From Pseudomonadota bacterium (GTDB taxonomy: Bacteria > Pseudomonadota > Alphaproteobacteria > Rhizobiales > Rhizobiaceae), in contig JBCCRB010000001.1 in NCBI GenBank assembly GCA_039208465.1, forward strand, positions 1-35,518: a stretch of 35,518 nucleotides of DNA, in the 5' to 3' direction. Below, one piece after another: positions 26,318-34,608 of this stretch. The position numbers and the translations under genes were made by a program. Position 1 is the first letter of the stretch. Every line of letters starts with the position of its first letter. A model generated the notes under the pieces. That model did no database searches. It was not told the origin of the DNA and saw only the letters and a list, made by a program, of their open reading frames with translations.

Positions 26318-26755
26318 GTGCAAAATCTCTCAATCTTAGGTTTTCAGAGATGGCGTTGAACCGGGATCGCGCGGGCTTGTGGCGTGCATGGGTGGATGCG
26401 CTGTTCACGCGGATCGCTTCGATGGCGACACCGGCGTTGGTGCTGATCAGCAGTTCACCTTGAAAGGCAGAGACCGTCAGATGAGCGCGGCACCAGCCAG
26501 CGACGATTCAACGCCGTGGCGGTTGTTTCACCGCAATCGTTTTCGGCGTTTAGCGACGGTGTGGGCGGCACGTAAAATGAACGGCTTAGCGTTCACTGTT
26601 GACGGGATTATAATTGGAAACAAAGCAACCTCCTCCAGTATTGCGACGTTCTCCCAAACGTCAGCGCGCTACAGGCCGGCGGTGGTCCTCGTTGGAACTC
26701 GTGCCGGACACTGTTTTGGCGTTGGGAAGAGCTAGTTGCTGAAAATAAGTCCATC

Positions 26756-26775
26756 TATCGCGAAAGTTCGCGATA
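26756..26775. promoter_or_regulatory. 20-nt palindrome flanked by CTGAAAATAA direct repeats
   Basis: TATCGCGAA-AG-TTCGCGATA has 9-bp arms and a 2-nt centre, too tight for a stable RNA loop, so a dimeric protein site is more likely. CTGAAAATAA occurs at 26739 and 26802, on either side. Confidence 0.35.
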
Positions 26776-26878
26776 CGCCCGGAATGTCGACGTCATGCGT
26801 ACTGAAAATAAAGGCTATAATCACGCGAACGGCGAGCGTTTGATTTCCGGTCAACTGGCTGATTTACAATCGAAAATT

Positions 26879-27853
26879 TTAATGCGCGAGCTTCGCCAGA
26901 AGGCTCACAAGGGCCGACGTACTTTGGACACCAGTCTTTTGCCGGATGCTGCGCAATTGATGGTCGATGGTTGAAAATGAGCGGCCGCGAATGCGCGCTA
27001 TCTCTTTGTAACTCATGCCTTGCGCAACCAAATGCGCGACTTCGAGCTCTGATGCAGTCAGCCCGATTAACGGGTTCGTTTCGGCCCCAATGGCGTTCGG
27101 CGACGCTGCCTGATCAGGCCTACCTTCTTGCGATATCTGACGTGAAACAGCGATTAGCGGGCTGATCACATCCTCGACCGTCTGCTCGAAACAATCATAC
27201 AGACCGGATTCCGATGGCACCTGATGTTCGGTCCAATCGGCACAGATCAGGCCATAACCGCCTCTGCCGGTTCGCAGCGCACCACCGATCTTTGATCGTG
27301 TGCGGGCACCGGAAATCCGCTTGCGAAGATAAGGCGATACGCGGCTATCCTGTTTGATATCGGCGAGCACGATTGGTCGCCTGTCATGCCACATGGTCTG
27401 CATGACCGGATCGAAATTATAGACCATGGCGCCACCGAAAGACGGTACATCATAGTCGCCGGATTTGGCTTCCGCGTAACCGGGATAATAGTCTCGCGCG
27501 TTGGGTTGGCCGAAGCCAGCATCGACGCGGTGGCATTTGAGTTCGACCCGCAGCCATTTGGTTGCAATCGACCAGCAGGACGTCAGATCATCAATGTTCA
27601 AAAGCAGATGGGCGGCCAGATCACGGGCTTTTTTGTGCCGGATCGCGGGACGATCAAGCAGCCGCGTCCGCAGCCGACGCTGCGTTGCCAACACGTCACC
27701 ACAAAAGGTGTCATTCAATGCGACCTTCACTGCCAACGCGAAACGATCTCCGTTAATTTGAACGCGCCAATGCGTAACCCATGCCCCGGTTTTTCTGCCG
27801 GTCTGCTTGGTCAACATAGTTGAGTTTACCGGGGAATCAAAACGGAGGTCCAA
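26879..27853 (-). CDS. LuxR-family transcriptional regulator with N-terminal GAF-like sensor domain
   Basis: C-terminal HTH LTASELEVAHLVAQGMSYKEIARIRGRSFSTIDHQLRSIRQKTG. The N-terminal 230 aa have GAF-like landmarks (PIVLADIKQDSRVSP...RSKIGGAL..G.GGYGLICAD). The start is uncertain: TTG 27853 or ATG 27817. Confidence 0.75.
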   Translation of the reverse strand: MDLRFDSPVNSTMLTKQTGRKTGAWVTHWRVQINGDRFALAVKVALNDTFCGDVLATQRRLRTRLLDRPAIRHKKARDLAAHLLLNIDDLTSCWSIATKWLRVELKCHRVDAGFGQPNARDYYPGYAEAKSGDYDVPSFGGAMVYNFDPVMQTMWHDRRPIVLADIKQDSRVSPYLRKRISGARTRSKIGGALRTGRGGYGLICADWTEHQVPSESGLYDCFEQTVEDVISPLIAVSRQISQEGRPDQAASPNAIGAETNPLIGLTASELEVAHLVAQGMSYKEIARIRGRSFSTIDHQLRSIRQKTGVQSTSALVSLLAKLAH

Positions 27854-28030
27854 TTCAACCGCACGGAATTACCCTGCTGGCGGATCGGTGACACGGTCGG
27901 AGACGCTAAACGATGCCAACAATTTGATTTCTTACAACGGGTCGGGTTTGCTGTGGCGCTGTGAATCGGGGGCCGCGTTGCCATGCTGAGAAAGGAAATC
28001 ACCTGCAAAAAAGGCGGGCCGATCATCTTA

Positions 28031-28381
28031 ATGGATACGATTACAAGCGTGTCACCGGCTGATGCAGGGGCGATTGTTGTTTCCGGATCTCATGGGGGTG
28101 CGAGTTCAGCTGAGTTTGCGCTGCAGGCTCCCTTGAAGCTGGTCTTTTTCAACGATGCAGGCGGCGGCAAGGACAATGCCGGGATTGCAGCGCTAACCTT
28201 GTTACAGGACCGAAATATTCCCTGCGCAACTGTCGCCCACACGAGCTGCCGGATCGGCGATGCCGCCGATATGTGGGAAAATGGCATCGTTTCGCATGTG
28301 AACAGTGCTGCGCAAAAGGCGGGGCTGTACACGGGCATGGATGTGCGTGCGGCGGTATCCGGGCAAGCTGACTTAAGCTGA
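28031..28381 (+). CDS. Small hypothetical protein (116 aa), no family recognised
   Basis: MDTITSVSPADAGAIVVSGSHGGASSAEFAL...FFNDAGGGKDNAGIAALTLLQ has a globular, Gly-motif-rich composition. It is divergent from the LuxR gene and first in a same-strand gene string. ATG 28031 is preferred over the track start at 27983. Confidence 0.5.
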   Translation: MDTITSVSPADAGAIVVSGSHGGASSAEFALQAPLKLVFFNDAGGGKDNAGIAALTLLQDRNIPCATVAHTSCRIGDAADMWENGIVSHVNSAAQKAGLYTGMDVRAAVSGQADLS

Positions 28382-28414
28382 AGCCACAGCGTATCGCGAA
28401 AACCGGGGTATGAT

Positions 28415-29476
28415 TTGCTGTGGCGGGTGTTAACGCACCAAAAAGAGCGTAAGAAAAATGCAGCGGAAAATGCGGACAAGCGCAATTTGGCAGGGGTCAC
28501 AAAGCATAGGCATGGCGTTTTAACGGCGAGTTCGCCGCGTCAACTCACGGTCTTTGTCGTTGTTTTGACGTACCAACGCCCGGCGTTACTTGCGCGCACG
28601 CTCTCCCATTTCGATCAGTTGGCGCATCCCGATGGAGCAAAGCTGATCTTTTGCGTCGTCGACAATGATGCCGAGGGCTCAGCGCGAAACGTGACCGAAG
28701 CGCATGGATCGCTCAATGGAGCGCTCCTTTACCGCCGTGCGGAACCGCGCGCCATACCGATTGCGCGCAACCGGGCGATTGACGAGGCCCATGCCGCGCA
28801 CGCCGATGCGTTGTGTTTTATCGATGATGACGAGTATCCGGACCGCGAATGGCTGGTTCACCTGGTCCGCTGCTGGCGTGAAACGGGGGCAGATTTGGTC
28901 GGCGGTCCGGTTAAGGTCACCCCACCGCCAAAGGAAATGGCCGTCTGGCCGGCTGCGATCAATCGCGGGCTGGCAGCGCGGGCCGACCGGAAAAACGACA
29001 AGGCCGCCGCTGCCGCGGAACAGGGCCGGCCGGTAACGGTCGTGACGAATAATTGGTTGTGCGATTTGCATTGGCAGAAGCAGACCGGTTTGCGTTTCGA
29101 TGAAACAATGCTGGTCTCGGGCGGTTCAGATGCGGTCTTTTTCCGGGCGGCAAGTGCAGCGGGGGCGACATCGGCCTGGTGCAATGAAGCGGTCGTTTTT
29201 GAAACGATCACCGATGATCGGCTCACGCTCAGCTATCAGTTCAGGCGGTCGGCCTACCAATCCATGACCAATTTTCACACGAAGCATGCCGTGCTCACGC
29301 CCTATATCGTTTTGGCCGCCGTTGGCACATCCCTTATCCGGTTGTTCGTTGGGTTTGCCATCATGGTCGCACCAGTCTACGGCCTCGCCTCTCTGGTGAT
29401 CGGCGTTCGGTCGATTGGTTGGGCTGCGGGCCGGATTGGTGCGCTTTTTGGGATGAAATCCGAACTCTACAAATGA
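28415..29476 (+). CDS. Family 2 glycosyltransferase with C-terminal transmembrane helices
   Basis: VVVLTYQRPALLARTL, VVDNDAEGSA and the DxD-type FIDDDEYPDREWL are GT2 (GT-A) landmarks. The C-terminal 70 aa are hydrophobic. The start is uncertain (TTG 28415 or GTG 28427; no in-frame ATG before the domain). Confidence 0.8.
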   Translation: MLWRVLTHQKERKKNAAENADKRNLAGVTKHRHGVLTASSPRQLTVFVVVLTYQRPALLARTLSHFDQLAHPDGAKLIFCVVDNDAEGSARNVTEAHGSLNGALLYRRAEPRAIPIARNRAIDEAHAAHADALCFIDDDEYPDREWLVHLVRCWRETGADLVGGPVKVTPPPKEMAVWPAAINRGLAARADRKNDKAAAAAEQGRPVTVVTNNWLCDLHWQKQTGLRFDETMLVSGGSDAVFFRAASAAGATSAWCNEAVVFETITDDRLTLSYQFRRSAYQSMTNFHTKHAVLTPYIVLAAVGTSLIRLFVGFAIMVAPVYGLASLVIGVRSIGWAAGRIGALFGMKSELYK

Positions 29477-29503
29477 AGCGAAAACGGCCTGACGAGACGC
29501 TAG

Positions 29504-30532
29504 ATGATAAATATTTTCGTTCATTCGGGTAATCGGCACACGCTGAAACGTTTGGCACGGGCCGGGTCATCTTTTTCGAATGTCCGCGCGATCACTTACC
29601 GAGATGTTTTTCGCAATTTGGCCTTCCCGTCGGGGACGATGATTTTTACCGATTTTGATTTGCTAAACGCGCGCGAGATGGAGGTTGCGGCGGCCATCGC
29701 GGAGGCCGCGCGCAAATCCGATCCTGCGGTGAAGATATTGAACCATCCGGCGCATGTGCTTGAGCGCTATGATCTGTTGCGCATGATGCATCTGAAAGGC
29801 CTGTCGCCGATCTCAATCTGTCGGGTCAATGATTATGAGCAGCCGCAGGATTTTCCGGTGTTTATCCGGGCCGAAGACGGCGCAAATGGACCTGAAACAG
29901 GTATTTTAGACGATTTGAACGCCTATCGCGCGGCTGTTTCCGAGCTTCGAGAAAACGGCAAACCAGCCAAGGGACGTATTGCCGTCAAATTCCATGCTCA
30001 GCCCAATAGGGATGGATATTTTCGCAAATTCGGCGTGCTACGAATTGGCGACCGCATTATTCCGCAGCATGTCCAATACAGCAAAAGCTGGGTCGTGAAG
30101 TCGAACAAACAATTACGCGACGACGAACGAACGGCTGAAGAGTTGGTCTACATCCGCGAGAACCCGCACCGCGATTTGGTCGAGCAGGCATTTGATGTTG
30201 GTAATCTGCAATTCGGGCGCGCCGACTTCGCTGTCGACGATGACCAGTTTGCGCTGTTTGAGATTAACAGCAATCCGACATTTCCCCGTTTTCATCTCGG
30301 GTCACCGGAGCGCGCCGAGCGACGTGCCCTTTTGCGGGAGAAAATTGTAGAGGCCTTTGCGGCCATTGATCATCGGGAAGGATACCGACAAATGGTCCGC
30401 TTCACACCGCCGATGCCGTACAGGGACTATGTTTCCGTGAGTGAATGGGGCGTAATGCACAAATTGGGCTTGTATCTCCGGCTTTGGCGTCGGACAAAAC
30501 CCGTCCAGCGGACGCAAAGCAGCGATCCGTAA
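29504..30532 (+). CDS. ATP-grasp-fold protein (putative carboxylate-amine/hydroxyl ligase)
   Basis: FGRADFAVDDDQFALFEINSNPTF resembles the C-terminal Mg-ATP motif of ATP-grasp enzymes (xGRxDF....xxxxEIN.xP). Upstream, ILNHPAHVLERYDLLRMM resembles the pre-ATP-grasp/K-loop region. Assigned by motif only. Confidence 0.6.
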   Translation: MINIFVHSGNRHTLKRLARAGSSFSNVRAITYRDVFRNLAFPSGTMIFTDFDLLNAREMEVAAAIAEAARKSDPAVKILNHPAHVLERYDLLRMMHLKGLSPISICRVNDYEQPQDFPVFIRAEDGANGPETGILDDLNAYRAAVSELRENGKPAKGRIAVKFHAQPNRDGYFRKFGVLRIGDRIIPQHVQYSKSWVVKSNKQLRDDERTAEELVYIRENPHRDLVEQAFDVGNLQFGRADFAVDDDQFALFEINSNPTFPRFHLGSPERAERRALLREKIVEAFAAIDHREGYRQMVRFTPPMPYRDYVSVSEWGVMHKLGLYLRLWRRTKPVQRTQSSDP

Positions 30533-30594
30533 GCCGACCCCGAAACCACGCAGATTTGCTGCGGTCCTGCCAGACAAGAGAAAAGCCCAACGCC

Positions 30595-31653
30595 ATGAGA
30601 AAACCGCTCCGTACATATTTCATCCTTTTGTCGGCGTTGAGCCTGATTTTCGCGCCAATGGCGTCGGCCATGGAGCCGAAAGAGCGCCTCGCTGGCCGGA
30701 CGTTGGAGGTGATGGTCGGGTTTTCCAATTCAGGGGGCGGCGCGCGTTTTTGGCAGGTTTACTCATCGGCCTTGCGCCGCGCACTGCCTGAGACGGTCGT
30801 GCGAGCAAGGTTCAATGATGTGGGCAGCGGCGCGATCGGTTCTGCCGAACTTTTCCGTCTCGACGAAGGTGCGTTGGCGGTTGGTTTTGTGCGGCCGCCC
30901 GATATCATCTTTGCTCAGCAACAGTCCGATGACACACCGGCGTTCAATTTTGCCGATGCCAATTGGATTGCCGGCGTTGAGCGAGAGAGCTTCGTGATGG
31001 CGGCGCGGCGCGGCATCCCACTGGATCCGGAAGCCCTGCGTCAATCAGAGCAACAATTGATCTCACCGGTCAGCGACATGCTGGCGACCCATGCCACTGT
31101 TGTTGTTCTGATCAATGCGATCACCGGCATCAATGCGAAGATCGTCGTCGGCTTTAAGAGTTCGGCGCGCTTAAAATCGATCATCGCCGGTGACACGGAT
31201 TTCTACAGTGTTGCGGCTGACGCAGAACTTGAGCCGCTGCTGGAATCGGGCGATGTGGTTCCCCTTTACACGATCGTCGGCAACAACTTCCCGGATGCAG
31301 TCGATACCTCGCGCTCGCTTGAAACATTTCTTGTCGATGGCGCACCAGAAGCGGTCGTTGACTATGTGAAAGTTGCGCGTGGCATGGGCCGCGGATTTTT
31401 TGCGCCGCCCGGTGTCAATGATGATGACGTTGCAGCGCTGCGCGCTGTGTTTGAGGAAATCCTGACCGATCCGCAATTCCTGGCCGAGGCGGCGGAAACC
31501 GGCACTCCGGTCTCTTTCGTGGGGCATGAAGAGTTTACGCGCGATATCAAGAAACTTGCGCTCGATGATCCGGCGGACAGCGCGGCTCTCCGCAAGGCCT
31601 ATGCCTGCGGGCTTGACATGTCGGAAGGGAAAATCCGCCAATGCACGTTTTAG
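30595..31653 (+). CDS. Divergent TctC/Bug-like periplasmic substrate-binding protein (tripartite tricarboxylate transporter)
   Basis: Signal peptide MRKPLRTYFILLSALSLIFAPMASA. GFSNSGGGARF...NDVGSGAIGSAE parallels the TctC GGxxD...N.pGAgG region, and GFFAPPGVNDDDVAALRAVFEEILTDPQF parallels the TctC C-terminal block. It lies directly upstream of a TctA gene. ATG 30595 is preferred over the track start at 30445. Confidence 0.65.
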   Translation: MRKPLRTYFILLSALSLIFAPMASAMEPKERLAGRTLEVMVGFSNSGGGARFWQVYSSALRRALPETVVRARFNDVGSGAIGSAELFRLDEGALAVGFVRPPDIIFAQQQSDDTPAFNFADANWIAGVERESFVMAARRGIPLDPEALRQSEQQLISPVSDMLATHATVVVLINAITGINAKIVVGFKSSARLKSIIAGDTDFYSVAADAELEPLLESGDVVPLYTIVGNNFPDAVDTSRSLETFLVDGAPEAVVDYVKVARGMGRGFFAPPGVNDDDVAALRAVFEEILTDPQFLAEAAETGTPVSFVGHEEFTRDIKKLALDDPADSAALRKAYACGLDMSEGKIRQCTF

Positions 31654-31699
31654 GCAAACCGCCAGCATGACAACAAAAAAATAGAAGCGTGGGTGCGAA

Positions 31700-33604
31700 G
31701 TGGCGGCGTATTTCGCATTTCTGTTTTCCGGTCCCACCGGCCTGATTTCAGCGCTTGTTTTCGGCACTGCCTTCGGCTTCATGGCGGGCATTGCCCCGGG
31801 GATCGGCGGCCGGATCGGGATCATCCTTGCGATCCCGTTCGCGACGCTTTGGGACCCTCTGGCTGCAGCAGTTTTCCTGTTTGCCATGCATTCCGTCGTG
31901 CATACGTCGGCCTCCATTCCGGCCATTGCCTTTGCGCTTCCCTCATCAGGTGCTGATGCGGCGACCGTGCTTGATGGCTATGCGATGGCGAAACAAGGCC
32001 GCACTGGAGAGGCGCTCGGCGCCAGCCTTTCCGCCTCTGCCATTGGCGGCCTGATCGGCGCGTTTGCCTTTCTTGCAGCGATACCAGTTGCCCGCGTCTT
32101 GGTGACCTGGTTTGGCCCGCCCGAGTTTTTGTTGCTGGCTGCGATGGGTCTGTTCATGGTGGCCGTTCTTTCCGGCCGAAACCTGCTGGCAGGTCTGCTT
32201 TCGGCAACCCTGGGTTTTTTGGCGGCCAGCATCGGATTTGATGTGATGAGCGCCGAGCCGCGCTTTACGTTCGGCATGCCGGAATTGTTGAAGGGCCTGG
32301 ATCTCGCCGCGGTGATTGGCGGCCTGTTCGTGATGCCCGAGATGCTGGCGCGCTGGCAATATGATGAACAGGGCCGACAGCGCGCGGTTTCGACGTCGCT
32401 CGCTGATGTGTATGCCGGACTTTTAAAAACCTTTTCCCATATGCGGCTGGTCTGGCGTTCATCGCTTTACGGAATCGGGGTGGGTGTGATGCCAGGCGTT
32501 GGGTCTAGTGTGGGGGTTTGGCTCGCCTATTCCTATGCTTCACGCAACACCAAGTCCGAGGTGCCGTTCGGCAAGGGTGCGATAGCAGGCGTCATCGCGA
32601 CCGAAGCGGCCAACAATTCCAAGGAAGGGGGCGCAATGGTCCCTTCCCTGTTTTTCGGCATTCCGGGCAGTTCCAGCATGGCGATTATGCTCGGTGCCTT
32701 TGCCGTTGTCGGTCAGCCGATCGGACCAAGCCTTCTGACGACCAGTATTGAAGTCAGCTTCGTTCTCGCCGCGACGGTGGCGCTCTCAAACCTGATCGCC
32801 ATTCCCATGTTCTTTGCGGTCGTGCCCTGGATTGTGCGCATGGCGGCGCTCAAACGCGAACATATCGTGCCTTTTGCGGTGGCGCTGGCGCTGTTTGCGG
32901 CGGCCTATCAATACTTGCATTGGATCACGCTGGTTCAGTTTCTGATCAGCGGCTTGATCGGGATTGCGCTAAAGAAGCTTGATTGGGCCCGCGCGCCATT
33001 CCTGCTCGGCTTTATTTTGGGGCCACTCGCCGAGACGTCCTACATCCAGACGTCGCAGGTTTGGGGCTGGTCGATGTTCGCGCGCCCCGCCACGCTCGCG
33101 ATGCTGGCGATTTTTGCAATTTTGATCTTCAGCATGGTCCGAAACCGGGAGTTTGCCGTGTTCCAAACGACGCGCGAAGATGCCCGTCTGTCGGTTCCAA
33201 TGGCCGTCATCTTTCTGTTTGCGGGCCTTGTATCTTTCGCGCTGCCGGATAACGCATCGCCCTTTCCTCTGATCATATGCACGATCGGCTTGGCTCTGGC
33301 GGTTGCCATGAGCGTTGCAGTGGTCATGAACAAGCGGCCGGCGCAGGTAGAGTTCGAAACCTTTGATAATGTCCCGCATACGATCGGCTTTTGCTTTTTG
33401 TGTATCCCACTCGGCATCCCGCTTGCCTCACTGCTCTATGCGTTCCTTCTGCTCAGGCGCGTTCAGACGAGCGTCACTTACGCGCTCGGTTTTTCGGTGG
33501 CGCTTGCCGCCCTGCAATTCTGGCTGTTTTCGCTGTTGGTGGATGTCTGGGGTGAGCCGCTTATCATTGGCTATCTGGCCAATTATCTCGGCGTTTTCGG
33601 TTAA
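31700..33604 (+). CDS. TctA-family large permease with fused C-terminal 4-TM (TctB-like) extension
   Basis: Duplicated TctA motifs GFMAGIAPGIGGRIG and GVGVMPGVGSSVG, plus TEAANNSKEGGAMVPSLFFGIPGSSSMAIMLGA. The 634 aa length compares with about 500 aa typical for TctA. The last 145 aa (from 33167) form about four extra hydrophobic helices. GTG start. Confidence 0.85.
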   Translation: MAAYFAFLFSGPTGLISALVFGTAFGFMAGIAPGIGGRIGIILAIPFATLWDPLAAAVFLFAMHSVVHTSASIPAIAFALPSSGADAATVLDGYAMAKQGRTGEALGASLSASAIGGLIGAFAFLAAIPVARVLVTWFGPPEFLLLAAMGLFMVAVLSGRNLLAGLLSATLGFLAASIGFDVMSAEPRFTFGMPELLKGLDLAAVIGGLFVMPEMLARWQYDEQGRQRAVSTSLADVYAGLLKTFSHMRLVWRSSLYGIGVGVMPGVGSSVGVWLAYSYASRNTKSEVPFGKGAIAGVIATEAANNSKEGGAMVPSLFFGIPGSSSMAIMLGAFAVVGQPIGPSLLTTSIEVSFVLAATVALSNLIAIPMFFAVVPWIVRMAALKREHIVPFAVALALFAAAYQYLHWITLVQFLISGLIGIALKKLDWARAPFLLGFILGPLAETSYIQTSQVWGWSMFARPATLAMLAIFAILIFSMVRNREFAVFQTTREDARLSVPMAVIFLFAGLVSFALPDNASPFPLIICTIGLALAVAMSVAVVMNKRPAQVEFETFDNVPHTIGFCFLCIPLGIPLASLLYAFLLLRRVQTSVTYALGFSVALAALQFWLFSLLVDVWGEPLIIGYLANYLGVFG

Positions 33605-34500
33605 GCGAGACGTGAGCAGGTGAAAATCACGCGCGCGGCATATCTGCTTGCCGGCCCGGAACCGGCCTTATTGGCATGAACCTGAAAGCTATCGAGCCGA
33701 AGATCTGCCGTGCGCAAACGTTCGCGCGCTTCGGCTTCATCGGAGAAAACCGTTTTGAATCTGTGCCGGCGCTGAAGCGCTGTTCGGACACGGCCCTCAA
33801 GTATGGTCCGTCGCTTCGTGCTGATATTGCCGGCTTCATCCAACAAGCGATTCAAGCTATCAATTGTGAAGTCGATGCGGCTTTCCAATTCTTCAGCGCC
33901 GCGCGCGTTACCATGCTGATTGGAGCAGATTATTTTTCCGCGCGCTGAAAGCCAGGAACGCATATGATTCAAGTAATCGATCTGTTCGTGTTCGGGAAAG
34001 AACGGCAGCACACCGTGCATGACAATCAGGTCGACAGGTTTTGGCGGGACATAGTTCTTGATGTCGCCCTGATGTGTTCGAATATACAAGTCGGCTTCTT
34101 CGGCAAAAGCGCTGCACAACACCAACGGCGTTGCGCATTGGTCGACAAGATCGACCACAATCTCTTGTGCCAACTTCTTTCCACCGGCTTCCAGCGCGGC
34201 GTTCAGCACAGCAGTGTATAACCATGTGTCGGTCGAGCCGGCGATCGTCACACGCAATGGGCGTTTTGTGCCACGCGCATGTTCAACCAACTGCGCCTTT
34301 AAAGCGTCGATGAAAACGGCCTGATCGCCGACGCGTAATTTCGGTGAAAGTGCAGCGCGGCGAACCAAAGATGCCAGATGGAAATCGTTGCAACGCTCGC
34401 AATGGGTGTCGACCAAGGCAATCGCCTTCAAGGCGTTTCCGCGCGGATCATCGACGAATTGATCGGTCACTTGCAGCACCAAACTCTTTTTTGTTGGCAT
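33601..34500 (-). CDS. Class I SAM-methyltransferase-like protein (degenerate motif I)
   Basis: VDLIVMHGVLPFFPEHEQIDYLNHMRSWLSARGKII resembles MTase motifs II-III. The Gly-rich motif I position reads VTIAGSTDT. ATG 34500 (MPTKKSLVL...) is preferred because the track start at 34647 would overlap the divergent neighbour. Confidence 0.5.
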   Translation of the reverse strand: MPTKKSLVLQVTDQFVDDPRGNALKAIALVDTHCERCNDFHLASLVRRAALSPKLRVGDQAVFIDALKAQLVEHARGTKRPLRVTIAGSTDTWLYTAVLNAALEAGGKKLAQEIVVDLVDQCATPLVLCSAFAEEADLYIRTHQGDIKNYVPPKPVDLIVMHGVLPFFPEHEQIDYLNHMRSWLSARGKIICSNQHGNARGAEELESRIDFTIDSLNRLLDEAGNISTKRRTILEGRVRTALQRRHRFKTVFSDEAEARERLRTADLRLDSFQVHANKAGSGPASRYAARVIFTCSRLA

Positions 34501-34517
34501 GTGTTTGGCGTAGCTAT

Positions 34518-34535
34518 GCTGCTTGTGCAAGCAGC
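34518..34535. promoter_or_regulatory. Perfect 18-nt palindrome in the divergent promoter region
   Basis: GCTGCTTG-TG-CAAGCAGC lies in the 108-nt gap between the two divergent genes and abuts a CTTGAC (-35-like) hexamer at 34535-34540. Confidence 0.4.
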
Positions 34536-34608
34536 TTGACGCGGCCTCAATCACGATGGAATTTAGATGCACCGGTCGGACATGGCCGGATGGCGGACTT
34601 AGTATATT

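Noticed and set aside
26318-26480. Possible SAM-II (metA/metX-type) riboswitch upstream of the MetX-like gene
   Set aside because: Such riboswitches are common before metX in Alphaproteobacteria. Reading the minus strand, I could not find the conserved pseudoknot or AAAGCU-type core, so an Infernal scan would be needed.
26379-26735. 118-aa plus-strand ORF in the long intergenic region
   Set aside because: It has no convincing RBS and no motifs, and its composition is not protein-like in the first half. It is kept only as an alternative explanation in the finding on this region.
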